Assembly: GCF_006345805.1 (NCBI RefSeq)
Contig: NC_043007.1
Location: 61,070,001 to 61,134,000 of the forward strand
Source: Octopus sinensis
Lineage: Eukaryota
Direction of reading: 5' to 3'
DNA: 64,000 bases
The notes beneath the pieces are model-generated. The model did no database searches and was not told where the DNA came from. It was given only the letters and a program-made list of their open reading frames with translations. Position numbers and translations under genes: made by a program. Each line of letters starts with the position of its first letter. Positions within the stretch are counted from its first letter, which is position 1. This document shows positions 12,717 to 24,374 of this stretch, one piece after another.

Positions 12717-12959
12717 TTAATAGTGATTTTTTTTTTAAAAGACAGGAAGCTGTTTATCTTTTTAACTGGGGAGAAGGTACAGTTGATGGAATTGACTGGA
12801 ATATATTAATGGTAGTTATTTTTCGGTCCTAGAGGAATGAAAGGCAAATCAATCCCAGAAAGATTTGAACTCAAAATATAAAAGCAAGAAACTAAGTAAT
12901 ACATGACATTCAGCCAACTCACCAATCTTTATTATTATTTAAAATATATAATTTCATGT

Positions 12960-12969
12960 TTTATTTATT
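12960..12969 (-). promoter_or_regulatory. Candidate GCHFR polyadenylation signal (overlapping AATAAA x2)
   Basis: Minus strand AATAAATAAA about 95 nt after the stop codon. AT-rich context makes chance matches common. Confidence 0.45.
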
Positions 12970-13063
12970 TGTTTTCATCCCTATTGGATATTTCTTGATT
13001 AGTCAGCAACATGTTAGTGTAACAAGTTAGAGTAACCAATACATTAACTTGGATCAAAGCAAA

Positions 13064-13235
13064 TTAAAAACCATTTCTCTCATTTGAGGTAGTTGTATTA
13101 CCTTCCTTACTTGCTGGTTTATGCATGGTCCAAATGCAAGTTTGACCAACGCCGGCCATGCCTACCATGGAGTAACCTTTCATTTCCAATTTATTCAGAA
13201 CAACTCTTGGAGGATCTGGGGTTCGGTATTCAATG
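13064..13235 (-). CDS. GCHFR: GTP cyclohydrolase I feedback regulatory protein, coding exon 3 (last)
   Basis: Acceptor TTTCTTTTTTAATTGCAG|C; phase-2 join gives Y-IEYRTPDPPRVVLNKLEMKGYSMVGMAGVGQTCIWTMHKPASKEGNTTTSNERNGF*. This matches the GFRP C-terminal half (DPPRIVLDKLE..G..V..MTGVGQT..WCLHK). Confidence 0.95.
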
Positions 13236-13286
13236 CTGCAATTAAAAAAGAAACTTTCCATTTTCATTTCAATATTAACAATATTT

Positions 13287-13497
13287 AAGGCAGCAAGCTG
13301 GCAGAATCATTACCACCCAGGCCAAAATGATTTTGTCTGTTCTTACATTCTGAGTTCAAATTCCATGGAGGTTGACATTGTCTTTCATCCTTTTGGGGAT
13401 TGACAAAATTAGTACCAGTTGAGTACTGGGGTCAATGTAATTGACTAGCTCCTCCCCATAACTTGCTGATCTTGTGTTAAAATGTGAAACCAATATT
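13287..13497 (+). mobile_element. SINE family B, full length
   Basis: AAGGCAGCAAGCTGGCAGAATC head, GAGTTCAAATTCC B-box, GTCTTTCATCCTTTTGGGGATTGACAAAATTAGTACCAGTTGAGTACTGGGGTCAATG domain. Confidence 0.8.
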
Positions 13498-14493
13498 AAC
13501 ATCTTGTTAGAGGAGAATATTATTGATTCTTATTTTAATGATCCCATATGAATGAAGGACAAAGTCAACTTAAACAAGATTTAAATTCAGAACTGAGAAG
13601 AATGAAAATGTATGAATGCATAGTATAGCTATGTACATCATTATTTATTAAATCATCCATTTATGATTAACAGCTGTTATTATATTATTGCACAGTTTAA
13701 GCACGAGACCTGTGAACCAAGCAACCAACACTTTAGAGGCTCAATCACATTGATTCTTCACTAGGTTTTTAATCAACTTGATGCCATCAAAGGAAAGAAA
13801 TATGAAATCATTATTATTTTTTAAAAATAATTATATAAAATTTGACTATTATAAAGTTATTATTTCAAAATCAATAAATATAAATATAAAATTTCAAAAT
13901 TTTTATATATTCTTTGATCTTGTGCTTTTATAACAAAGTACTTTTCCTCTGATACAGTTACCAATTATGAATACAAGGAATTACGTTTTTAATGCAAACT
14001 TCTCATAGTTTTGACCCAATATTAATTTCAATAAATGCATTTATAAATAACTGCTACATAAGATATTTGGGTGCTAAAAAAAATGTATTGGCCCAATCTA
14101 TGATTCACTGAAGTATAGACAGAAAAACTGACCAAGCATATTTATAGATTTGATTCTTGAATGCTTAGAATTCATCTTCAAAAAAAGCTCTATGCCATTA
14201 GAACGATCTTCAATGCAGTAATTAAACTAGAAAATATGGAAAAGTCTTCAGGTGGCTAACACAACACAGGTGAAACAATTTTGAACATAGTTTCTGGTAA
14301 GTTTGCCTTTTCACTTGATTTAGACAAAAATTGGCATGACTAAAATTGAAATGATGATTTCAAAACTACAGTTAATTTTCTTCTATCATGTCAAGTTTTT
14401 TTCTTCTTTAGCTTACTCTTTGAATAAGCACAATTGTATTGTTTGTCTGTAAGTAGTAGAACTGGTTAGCTGTTTTTATTATTCTATTGATAA

Positions 14494-16664
14494 CACTGGG
14501 GAACATTTTTGAAAAACATTTTAAATGATTTTGTGTTTTGCAATTAATCCTACCTAATTTGATGGTGATGGTTTCAGAAATACCATCAGAAATTTTCTAT
14601 CACATCAAGTTTTTTGTTAAAAAAGAATTTTGCCATTGAATGCAAGACTGAAATAAGAAACTAGCACAAACCAAATAGCACTTTTTATAGTTTAACAAAT
14701 ATATTACACAAAATGTTTAATTACACATATTAGGATAGATATTTCTGTCAAACTGGAGTTTCAGCTACTCAAGAAATGAACTCTGTCTTTGCTGCTTTAT
14801 ATGAATAAATTGCATCATAACAGTCTTTTTGTAGTGACCTGCAGTAAACAACATTATGTTGGTGTTCCACTTGCTTTGATATCTTGGTTGAATCTTTCTC
14901 CTTGCTCATCACTTATTGCCTTATGATTTTCAAGGAAGTAGTCCTGATAAAATGCACATTTACACTTATGTTGCAGCCCAGTGCTTGAAAACTGGTTAAC
15001 AGGGTCTGCACAAGATCTTCATAATTTGATGGCTTCCTGTTTCCCAGAAAATCAGACACAACTGCAGCAAAAGCATTATATGCTTCTTTTTCAATGCCAG
15101 ACATGATCTCCAAAAATAGTTCATCCTGCAACAGCCACTTAATATGTGGCCCATCAAACACATCAATCTTAATTTTCTCACAAGACAAAACTGGAAACTT
15201 TCTGCTTAAGTATTTGAAGCAGTTACTGTCTCAGTGTTTCAACACATGTTTTGCACATTATGTGGGGTGTCCAGACTGTCTTGTCATCCAGTTCCATGCT
15301 AAAGTAAGTAAGGAAGTAAGGTAAGCTTTCTTCACAAAATCTGTGATTTTGTTTCACTGCCTAATCCAGAAATAAGCAGAAGACATCGGGGCTGTTTTTA
15401 CATTCTCTTCTCTCACAACTGGCCATATTTCTGAAATACAAAACATATTCAAGCCTGTTGTCACCTGGGAAAAGCATTTTCAGAATTTTCAACAGTTATA
15501 AAGTAAGTGAATGCAGATTTGTGATGGCAAAGTTCCATAAAGAGCATACATACCCTGAAGTTCTTTTTACAGTTCTTTGACCATGCTTGATGACAAGTGA
15601 CCTTGACCCATGTGTCCACACAATTAAAACACTAAGGGCACATTCAAAATACCAATTTTCATAAGAAACAGTTAAAAGTTCAACAAAACATGTCTTGCCT
15701 AGTTTGCAATAATAGCTATAATGGAACTGAAGGCTTGTGATACATGTGGAGTATCTCCTTCTCCCATTACAATTATTTCTGTCATCTTACGGATCTGGAA
15801 CATGAAGAAACTTACAAGCAGAGTGCAATTCAATAGTTTATTTTTAGTTCTCGTTCATGTGGCTCACTCCCATCTTTATGGCAGCGCATGGTTCGTTATA
15901 GCTCGTTTCACGTGAAGTTCATTACCTCAGGAGCTAACAGGTAAAGTTAGAGCAGGATAAGAGTCCACTGTGAGCTGCAGGTTCGCAATGTTTCTCAGCA
16001 TAAGCGAGAAGGAAGAAAGAGAATGTCTTAATTCTCCTGCTTAAATAGTCATTGCCGGTGAGAGTCTTGCTGTTGTCTCACACACGGCAAATGGCTGCAG
16101 GCGACATCTTGCTCCTGTTTTGGACATGGTAATGGCTACTGGCGAGATCTCATACAAAATGGTGCTGGCTTCTAGTGCCTCGCTACATATTCATATTAAA
16201 TTAAGCAAGGGATGGGCATATCTGCAAACAAATTCTGCAAACATGATCACAAAAATATGTTATTTCTTAATGTCTAATTGTATGAAGGACATTTCTGTTA
16301 TCATGACATTTGAAACTGGTTAAATTGAAAATAGTGGAAGTTGCTCAAGTTTAATATTTGTATTTACTAAAGATACTTAAATCATGACTTTTTTTTAACT
16401 TTTGTAGTTGTATTTACTTTAAATGACATTGAAAACTATGTTTTCAAAGTTATGTTAACCTCCATACATGGGTTTGCATTTGATGAAGTCAAATCTATCC
16501 TTAGAAATGGTGACAATACCAGAAATGTTGAAAAATGGAGATCTAAGTTTGTGAAAAATCTTGACATGATAGAGCAAAATGGATTTCATTTTTGAAATCA
16601 GCACCACAGAATTAGTAGGAAACATGTATCCAACATCGGACAACAAAAGCCCTGTTCCCCAGTG
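14494..16664 (-). mobile_element. Chapaev3-like (CMC) DNA transposon, internally deleted
   Basis: 12-bp TIRs CACTGGGGAACA (14494-14505) / TGTTCCCCAGTG (16653-16664) plus similar subterminal segments. Minus-strand remnants KITDFVKKAY, WTPHIMCKTCVETLRQ, FDGPHIKWLL..FLGNRKPSNYEDLV..FQALGCNISV, DEQGERFNQDI. The superfamily name is from recalled motif similarity. Confidence 0.75.
15780..16187 (-). mobile_element. Solo LTR (~408 bp) of a gypsy family related to the 16913 and 52245 elements
   Basis: Minus strand begins TGTAGCGAGGCAC and ends TTCCAGATCCGTAAGATGACA, with TATA-like TATTTAAG and AATAAA. 16030-16187 aligns to 52410-52556. No clean TSD. Confidence 0.6.
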
Positions 16665-16912
16665 TATAGGGCTTCAATTTTATTTTTAATTTCAGTTTGT
16701 GTGTAATGATGTGTTTGCTACAAATGAGAACTAAAAGAAAAAAAAAGACCCATGCCAAGGGACATAATTTTCCACTCTTCAATGAATGAGTTAGTTCAAA
16801 ACATTACAACTTTCCTCTTCCAATGATATATGAACTAAAAAGAAAAATTTTTAAATTAACAGTTTGCAAGACAGTGTGTCAGGGAAAATTGTGATGTTGT
16901 TGGAAAGAAGTG

Positions 16913-17335
16913 TGTAGTGATGCTGCTGTGTAAGGTTCAGCGCGCATGCGCAGAATGGGACTACTTCCGGGTGGCCACCGGAAGTCTTCCCCATGCGCAT
17001 GTGCGGGAAACTGACCCCTAAAACACAGTCCATCCACTCACTCTCTCTGGCCCTTTCAGCCCTCGTGAACAACAGACGTGCATTTGGTAGTCTCTGAGAA
17101 CTCTACACCGGCTTAGCAATGGACCACATCGAATCACTTCAATCAACCAACAAGAAGCAGTACAAAGATTCAGCTGTCGTTTCCCCTCAGAAATACGTAC
17201 ACCATCACGAGTAATAAACAACATTTGCTGTCTTTCCCAGATAACCTGACTTCGTCTGTTATATTTAACTAAATTGAATGTGACGGGATCGGATCGGACA
17301 CCCCTTCAGTGGTACCGATTCCAGATCCTGTTACA
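16913..17335 (+). repeat. 5' LTR (423 bp)
   Basis: TGTAGT...GTTACA. Differs from the 3' LTR by 9 substitutions and one 3-bp indel; contains AATAAA. Confidence 0.97.
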
Positions 17336-17337
17336 AT

Positions 17338-17349
17338 TGGTGACCCTGA
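17338..17349 (+). promoter_or_regulatory. Primer binding site, tRNA-Trp type
   Basis: TGGTGACCCTGA 2 nt after the LTR, complementary to the conserved tRNA-Trp 3' end (...CGGGGTCACCA) with one G-U pair. Confidence 0.8.
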
Positions 17350-17716
17350 GTAAAAAAAAAAAAAAAAAAGAACAGAAGACGCAGCAAACAGGTTTTGCCA
17401 GTTAGCACGCTGAACACTCAGTTTTCACTTTCATTTTTCTTTTCCTTTCAGGACGGCGAAGGTGCGTACAAACAAAAGTTTTATTCATCGCACTCAGTAC
17501 ACTAAAAAAAAAAAAAACACACACACATTATTTTTTTTTCTTTTCTGTAGCTTTTGTTTTTCCTTTGTGCACACACACTTATTCTTTACTACCCACGAGG
17601 TACACACCAGTACACAAAACACGATTTTTTTTTTATTTGCTTTGTCGGTTCCACGTGTTCTCCACTTCTCGTTCTTACCTTCTGCCCCTTTCTGACAGGC
17701 GATTCTTCGGACAAAC

Positions 17717-18461
17717 ATGGCTGCATCAGGTTTGCCTTCATTCACAGGGGATGTGGGTCTGTGGCTTGCCCAGGTGGAGTCGCATTTTGCCGCACATGCC
17801 GTTCCTCCACAGCAGCAGTTGCATCTGCTATACTCGAGTTTGCCTTCCCGACTCGCCACATCGGTCAGGGATCTCATAATGAGTCCCCACCCTGACCCCA
17901 CATACGCGTCAGTAAAGGCCGAAATGCTCCGCTGCAACACGTGGTCGGAGGAGAGTCAATTTAATGAACTAATGGCCGACGAACAGTTGGGGGACAGGAC
18001 TCCATCCCAGTTCCTGCGCCACCTAAGGGAGCTAAGCGGGAACGCAGCAGACGCGCCACTCTTGCAGAAGATATTTTTCTCCAGGTTGCCTGCCCACTTG
18101 CAGGTTGGCCACGGCACTGGAGTCTGTGTCAGTGGACCAGATTGCTACGATGGCCGATAAAATATTAGAATTTTTGGGACCATCTCCATCGCGGAGCCTG
18201 TATGCATGTACAGAGCCCCCTCCGACAGTTTCTCCGACGCATAATTCATTAGCCGAGAAGATCGATGTGCTTACACAGCGAATCGATGATCTGTGCCGTG
18301 CGATCGGGCGCCGACCTCGCAGTCGTAGTCGCAGTGGCTCTGTTTCCCGTAGTCAGAGTGACTCTGTTTCTCGTTCCGGCTGGTGCTGGTACCATTCAAA
18401 GTATGCCAAAAAGGCAGAACGGTGTACCCAGCCGTGCACTTTCCAGCCCTCGGGAAACTAA
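17717..18461 (+). pseudogene. gag: Gag, frameshifted at about 18104
   Basis: MAASGLPSF..WLAQVESHF..QLGDRTPSQFLRHLREL..IFFSRLP continues after an extra G as LATALESV...[22 protein letters not shown] (CHCC knuckle). Confidence 0.85.
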
Positions 18462-18492
18462 ATCCGGAGGAGGTGAGCACGTCACCTTCTTC
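18452..18492 (+). promoter_or_regulatory. -1 programmed ribosomal frameshift signal
   Basis: G GGA AAC heptamer in gag phase directly before TAA, 7-nt spacer, then an 11-bp stem (18466-18476 / 18482-18492) with a GCACG loop. Pol is in the -1 frame. Confidence 0.8.
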
Positions 18493-20746
18493 CTTCTCAT
18501 TTCCAAAAAATCGTGCGTTCTTTGTAAAAGATCTGGTGTCGAAGAAATTCTTCATGGTGGACACCGGCTCTTGTTGCAGCATCTGGCCCCTTCGTCTGAC
18601 TGCAGACAAGCCCAAGCGCTCTTCAATTGTCTTGCATGCCATTGACTCGTCTCCCATAACCACCTTCAGTCAGATTTCGCTGCGCCTCAACATCAACCTT
18701 CGTCGAGATTTTCAATGGGTTTTCGTCATCGCTGACATCCCGCATCCTATTCTCGGCGCTGATTTCTTGGATAGGTTTAATCTATTGGTGGACGTCAGGC
18801 GTCGGAGGCTTCTTGACAGTATGACGTCACTCTCTATGCCGACTGGGAGTTCCACCGATGTGGTCCTTAGCCCGACATTCTTTGTTGCCACCTCTGAAGA
18901 CGCTTTTCACTCTCTTTTAGCTTCATTTCTGGAGCTAGTGGACATTGCCTTTCAACCGGAAAAGCCTACCCACTCGACCCTTCATTTTATCACCACCACT
19001 GGGCCGCCTGTTTTTTCGCGCCCACAGCGCCTTACGCCTGACCATCTAAAAACGGCTAGGGCTGAGTTTGAGCACATGCTTCAACTTGGCCTTATACGCC
19101 CCTCCACCAGCCCATGGGCGTCTCCCCTTCATTTGGCGCGAAAGGGCGAGTCTGATTTTCGCCATTTCCAGCATCAACTTGAAGGGCGAGATTTTGTGAT
19201 CTATACAGATCACAAGCCCCTTACGTTTGCACTGTGTTCAAAAACGGACAAACTCTTGCCTCGTGCTTTCCGGCACCTGGATTTTATCTCTCAATTCACT
19301 AGTAACATTCGACACATACCTGGAAAAGGGAACGTTCCTGCTGACGCTCTCTCTCGCCTTCCAGTCTGTGCCCTTTCGTCTCCTGCTGCTATCGACTTAA
19401 GTGCCATCTCGCAGGAGCAGCCACCTTTGGCGTCGTTAGACTTAACTTCTCCCAAGTTCTCCTGTTGCCAGTTTTCCTACCTTCCGCTTCCGTCAGCCGA
19501 AGGCACCATTCTTTGTGATACTTCCACTGGTTCTCCCAGGCCACTCATGCCTGAGAATCATCAATGCTCAGTGTTTGAAGCACTGCACTCCTTATCACAT
19601 CCTGGCATCGCTGCCACCCTTAAGCTGATCACTGCTCGGTTTTTCTGGCCGAATATGCGTCGCACTATTACTTCTTGGACACGCACCTGCTCCAAGTGTC
19701 AACGGTCCAAGATTCGACGGCACGTTCGTGCCCCGCTTGGACATTTCCCCCCTACGGAGGCCCGTTTTCGCCATGTCCACATCGATCTGGTTGGACCATG
19801 GCCTGTGATTCGCGGGTTTTCTTATCTGTTATCTTGTGTCGATCGTTTCTCCCGCTGGCCAGAAGCCATTCCGATAGCAGACATTTCTGCTGAGACTGTT
19901 GCACGAGCCTTCGTTTCAAACTGGATTTCCCGTTTCGGAGTTCCGTCCAGATTGACTACTGATCGTGGACGTCAGTTTGAAGCTTCGCTATTTCGCGAAT
20001 TGTCGCGCATTTTAGGTGTGCATCATATTCACACTACCAGCTATCATCCAGCGTCTAATGGATTAGTTGAACGGTTCCATAGACAGCTCAAGGCCGCTCT
20101 TCTTGCCTCTTCAGATCCACAGTCCTGGATTGAATTTCTGCTGATTGTACTTCTCGGTTGTCGCACTGCTGTCAAGGCAGACCTGGGGTTTTCTTCTGCA
20201 GAGCTACTGTATGGTACCACACTGGCATTGCCTTGTACGATGTTGGTGCCAGACACTTCCCAGCCCCATGATCCGGCGACCTATGTCGCCAGACTGCGTT
20301 CCTATTTTTCGAATCTTCCACCCATGGTTCCCAGGAAACAATCTCCACCATCCCATCTCCCACCGGATATGGACACTTGGTCACATGTTTTTGTTCGGGA
20401 CGACTCTGTCAAGGGACCACTTGTTTCTCCTTATAAAGGACCTTTCCGTGTGCTTTCTCGCACACCTAAGGTTTTTACCATTGAAATAAATGGTCATTCG
20501 GAGACCGTTTCCGTGGACCGACTGAAGAAAGCATACTTTGAGGCGTCTTCATCTTTTGATGACAACGTTGCCACACCCACCTATGCACCTTTAACAACAC
20601 CTTCACCTGCACAGACACCTTTGCCTTCACCGGCTCCCACAACACCACCTTCGCCGTCAACGGGTGCCTCGAGCACACCGTATATTACAAGATCGGGCAG
20701 AACAGTGCATTGGCCCAAGAAACTCTCAAAGACAATTTATATTTAA
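18452..20746 (+). CDS. pol: Pol with protease and integrase intact but an in-frame deletion of most of RT and RNase H
   Basis: VDTGS protease; RT start SPWASPLHL fused at about 19160 to [22 protein letters not shown] (RNase H end); no YxDD. Integrase [32 protein letters not shown]. Confidence 0.9.
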   Translation, partial: GKLNPEEVSTSPSSFSFPKNRAFFVKDLVSKKFFMVDTGSCCSIWPLRLTADKPKRSSIVLHAIDSSPITTFSQISLRLNINLRRDFQWVFVIADIPHPILGADFLDRFNLLVDVRRRRLLDSMTSLSMPTGSSTDVVLSPTFFVATSEDAFHSLLASFLELVDIAFQPEKPTHSTLHFITTTGPPVFSRPQRLTPDHLKTARAEFEHMLQLGLIRPSTSPWASPLHLARKGESDFRHFQHQLEGRDFVIYTDHKPLTFALCSKTDKLLPRAFRHLDFISQFTSNIRHIPGKGNVPADALSRLPVCALSSPAAIDLSAISQEQPPLASLDLTSPKFSCCQFSYLPLPSAEGTILCDTSTGSPRPLMPENHQCSVFEALHSLSHPGIAATLKLITARFFWPNMRRTITSWTRTCSKCQRSKIRRHVRAPLGHFPPTEARFRHVHIDLVGPWPVIRGFSYLLSCVDRFSRWPEAIPIADISAETVARAFVSNWISRFGVPSRLTTDRGRQFEASLFRELSRILGVHHIHTTSYHPASNGLVERFHRQLKAALLASSDPQSWIEFLLIVLLGCRTAVKADLGFSSAELLYGTTLALPCTMLVPDTSQPHDPATYVARLRSYFSNLPPMVPRKQSPPSHLPPDMDTWSHVFVRDDSVKGPLVSPYKGPFRVLSRTPKVFTIEINGHSETVSVDRLKKAYFEASSSFDDNVATPTYAPLTTPSPAQTPLPSPAPTTPPSPSTGASSTPYITRSGRTVHWPKKLSKTIYI

Positions 20747-20869
20747 CTTTCTTTCAAATTTCTTGTTTTTTGTATCATATTGTGTACCGAATCTTCTGGG
20801 GGATCGGCAAGCCATCTGTTTTTCTGCAGCACCACTACAAATTTTCTTGTTTTCGTACTTCCGCACTCG

Positions 20870-20880
20870 AGGGGGAGCCA
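20870..20880 (+). promoter_or_regulatory. Polypurine tract
   Basis: AGGGGGAGCCA immediately 5' of the 3' LTR. Confidence 0.85.
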
Positions 20881-21300
20881 TGTAGTCATGCTGCTGTGTA
20901 AGGTACAGCGCGCATGCGCAGAATGGGACTACTTCCGGGTGGCCACCGGAAGTCTTCCCCATGTGCATGTGCAGGAAACTGACCCCTAAAACACAGTCCA
21001 TCCACTCACTCTCTCTGGCCCTTTCAGCCCTCGTGAACAGACGTGCATTTGGTAGTCTCTGAGAACTCTACACCGGCTTAGCAACGGACCACATCAAATC
21101 ACTTCAATCAACCAACAAGAAGCAGTACAAAGATTCGGCTGTCATTTCCCCTCAGAAATATGTACACCATCACGAGTAATAAACAACATTTGCTGTCTTT
21201 CCCAGATAACCTGACTTCGTCTGTTATATTTAACTAAATTGAATGTGACGGGATCGGATCGGACACCCCTTCAGTGGTACCGATTCCAGATCCTGTTACA
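20881..21300 (+). repeat. 3' LTR (420 bp)
   Basis: Direct repeat of 16913-17335. Confidence 0.97.
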
Positions 21301-24179
21301 AGTGCATTTGCGTGGATGGTGGTTCACTTGCAGAAAGAAAGACGCTTGGAAGTGTCACTATGAAAGGCTGCTAAATGTTGAGAACTCCGCCTAATGTGGA
21401 TTCAACAGAGGGAACAGCTATCCAAATAGACAAGCTTAATAGATAAAGCCATGAAGGACATGAAGACAGGGAAAGCCCCTGGCCCATCAGGAATCACTGC
21501 TGAGATGCTTAAAATATCTGGTGATGTGGGTTATGGTCTAGTCACCCTTATTGTTAATCAGGTTGTCCATGAGGGAGTCATACCCAAGGACTGGTGTAAC
21601 AACATCATAGTCAACTGCTACAAAAGTAAAGGTGACACCTTAGACAGAAATAATTAGAGGTATCAAATTATTGGCTCAGGTGATGAAAGTCATGGAGAGG
21701 GTCATAGCCCAACTAATTAGAAAGTGTGTTAGTCTAGATGAGATGCAGGTTGGTTTTGAGCCAGGAAGAAGCACCACTGATACTATATTTCTGGTTAGGC
21801 AGCTGCAAGAGAAGTATTTAGCCAAAAATAAACCTTTGTACTTGGCTTTTGTTGACATGGAGAAAGCTTTTGACAGGGTCACCTGTGCCCTTATCTGGTG
21901 GTTAATGTGGAAACTAGAGATAGATGAATTGTTGGTGAGAGCTGTAAAAGTCATGTACAAGGATGCTGTCAGTAAGGTGAGGATTGGCAATGAGTATAGC
22001 AATGAATTCAGGGTGCAAGCAAGAGATCACCAAGGATTAGTCCTCAGCCCCCTCTTGTTTACCAGAGTCCTCCAGGCAATAACAGAGGAATTTAAACCGA
22101 GCTGCCCTTGGGAGCACCTCTAAGCTGATGACCTTGTTCTTAGAGCTGAATCACTACCAGAACTAGAGAAGAAAGGTGGAAGTAAGGTCTGGAATCAAAG
22201 GGCCTCGAGTTAATTTAGCAAAGACCAAAGTCTTAGTAAGTAGGAAAACAGACAAATCACAGATTCCTTCAAGGAGATGGCCCTGCTCAATAAGTGGAAA
22301 AGGTGTAGGTAGAAACTCCATAAGTTGTACTCAGCACAAGCTATGGACACATAAAAGGTGCAGCAATATCAGAGGAAAGTTAAGAGAGAAAGTAGACTTT
22401 GTGTGTGGCAGATGTATCAATACAATAAACACTGGAAATGTACAGAAAATAGACTTCATCAAATGCCAGCGAGGATACTTAAAAGTGGATGCTCTGAGAG
22501 CATAGCTGCTATAATAATAATAGGCTGGGCAAAGTTCAGAGAGCATCTACCTTTGTTGGTAACAAAGGGCCTCTCCCTCAAAGTGAAAAGCAGATTGTAT
22601 GATGCCTGTATGCAAGCAGCCATGCTACACAGCAGTGAAACGTGGGCTGTAACTACAGAGGACATGTGAATGCTTAAAAAAAATAAGACTAGTATGCTTC
22701 TCCGGATGTGCAATATCAGTATGCATGTACAACAGAGTGTGTTTAGAGAGAAAAATTAGGCATAAGAAGCATCAGATGTGGTGTGCAAGAGAGAAGAGAC
22801 TGTACTGGTATGGTTATGTGATATGTATAGACAAGGGCAGCTGCATCCTGAAGTGCTGATCTCTAACTGTGGGGGGAACCTGTGGAAGTGGTAGACCCAG
22901 GAAGACATGGAATAAGGTAGTGAAGCATGAGCTTTGGATGTTGGGTCTCATGGAGGTGATGACAAATGATTGAGACCTTTGGTGATTTGCTGTGGTTGAG
23001 AAGACTTGTCAAGCTAAGTGAAACTGTTGTCATGGACAGTGCCAGTGACACATAAAAGGCACCCATGTTAGTGACATGTAATAAGTATCCGTGCTGGTGA
23101 CACATAAAAGGCACTTATGCTAGCAATGCATAAAAGGCACCCACAACACTCTTGAAGTGGTTGGTGTTAGGAAGGGCATCCAGCTGTAGAAACCATGCCA
23201 AAATCAGGCTGGAGCCTGGTACAGCTCCTCGGCTTACCAGTTCTAGTCAAACCATCTAACTCATGCCAGTATGGAAAGTAGGCATTAAATGATGATGATG
23301 ATGATGATACTTTATCAAATAAAAACATGTTTCTAAATACATACAATCATTAATATCCTCAAGTTCAGTTTTTTATTTGAGCAATAATTTCTGGGTAATA
23401 AATAAAAAGAGAAAAAAAATGTCAGAATTTATGTCAATCTCAATCTACTATATTCAACCACAGCCCCAAGAGAATTATATAAACAGAAACTGTAAATATA
23501 TAGCTTACTGCCATATTTGTTTATTTACAACATAAAGTGAGGTGCAGTTAACAGCTTATCAGCTAAATGACTAACAAAATAATCTAATGGGAGCCTCTAC
23601 ATACTAGCTTGACTTATTAGAAATGACAACCAAATCACCCTCAAATCACATCCTACTGTGGGAATAACATACTGAATAATGAAGTCTTAGATAAACAGTC
23701 TAAAAAGATGGTTACAGTTGAAATACTTTTGCACATAGAAATGCTGGATCCAACTAACCTGGGACCATACAGCAACAACAGATGAGAAGTCAACAGTTAG
23801 TATACTGCCATTGGATCTATTTAATCTTGGTTGATGCACTTAATATTCAAAGGCTCAATACTAATTTCTATCTTCTGATAGGGCAGGAACAGTAATAGAA
23901 GACCACATGTCAGTTCACTCAATCTTGATTTATTAATAAAGGTGAAATTTTAAAAGGTTCTCTAACAGCTAAAAAGGTTACAGAATTCACTAAATACTTA
24001 AGATTGAGGATGAACTTTCATACTTCAATATCTAAACTTTCAAGTTAAATTTTTTTTACTACACAATTTTCATTTCACCTGTAAACTTACAAGTCTGATT
24101 GCAAGAAACACTTCTCATGGTTCTTAGAATACGATCGTGAAATATAGCTTCTTAAAATAAATATAAACTGATTACTTAC

Positions 24180-24274
24180 TAGTTAGTGCCAAGCTCTTTG
24201 CATAGACTAGCTCCAAGATATTCCATCAACTCCACATCATTCCATTCATCTCCAACCATTGTTGGTCCATTTTC
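24180..24274 (-). CDS. GCHFR: GTP cyclohydrolase I feedback regulatory protein, coding exon 2 (95 nt)
   Basis: TATCTTTCAG|GAA...AAC TA|GTAAGT; encodes ENGPTMVGDEWNDVELMEYLGASLCKELGTN, matching GFRP EVGPT.VGDE.SDPELM..LGA. Phase 0 in, phase 2 out, compatible with exons 1 and 3. Confidence 0.96.
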
Positions 24275-24374
24275 CTGAAAGATATAAACTTAAAAGTCAG
24301 AAATATTTTGCACAGGACTGTTTCATAGCCTTAAATCAAGGAAAGTAAATTACCCTTCCAAAATAATTTGCATA

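Larger units (their letters stand above)
16913..21300 (+). mobile_element. Ty3/gypsy LTR retrotransposon, CsRn1-like lineage, 4388 bp, RT-deleted
   Basis: TG...CA LTRs, 4-bp TSD AGTG (16909-16912 / 21301-21304), tRNA-Trp-type PBS, PPT, and gag with a C-H-C-C motif followed by pol PR-(RT/RH stub)-IN. Confidence 0.95.
16862..23308 (+). mobile_element. 5'-truncated RTE-clade LINE, interrupted by the LTR retrotransposon at 16913-21300
   Basis: Removing the LTR element rejoins FARQCVRENCDVVGKKCICVDGGSLA. RT remnants KTGKAPGPSGITAEML, MQVGFEPGRSTTDTIF..RQLQEKY, LAFVDMEKAFDRV, HQGLVLSPLLF, ADDL; 3' UTR with CATAAAAGGCAC repeats and a (GAT)n tail to 23308. Confidence 0.9.

Noticed and set aside
17420-17470. 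Strong acceptor plus 10-nt microexon-like signal (TTTCAG|GACGGCGAAG|GTGCGT) in the gypsy leader
   Set aside because: It is antisense to GCHFR, not frame-preserving and has a weak donor; no supporting evidence from sequence alone.
17494-21001. Numerous antisense and alternate-frame ORFs in the LTR element
   Set aside because: They are shadows of GC-richer gag/pol and LTR sequence, with no independent motifs.
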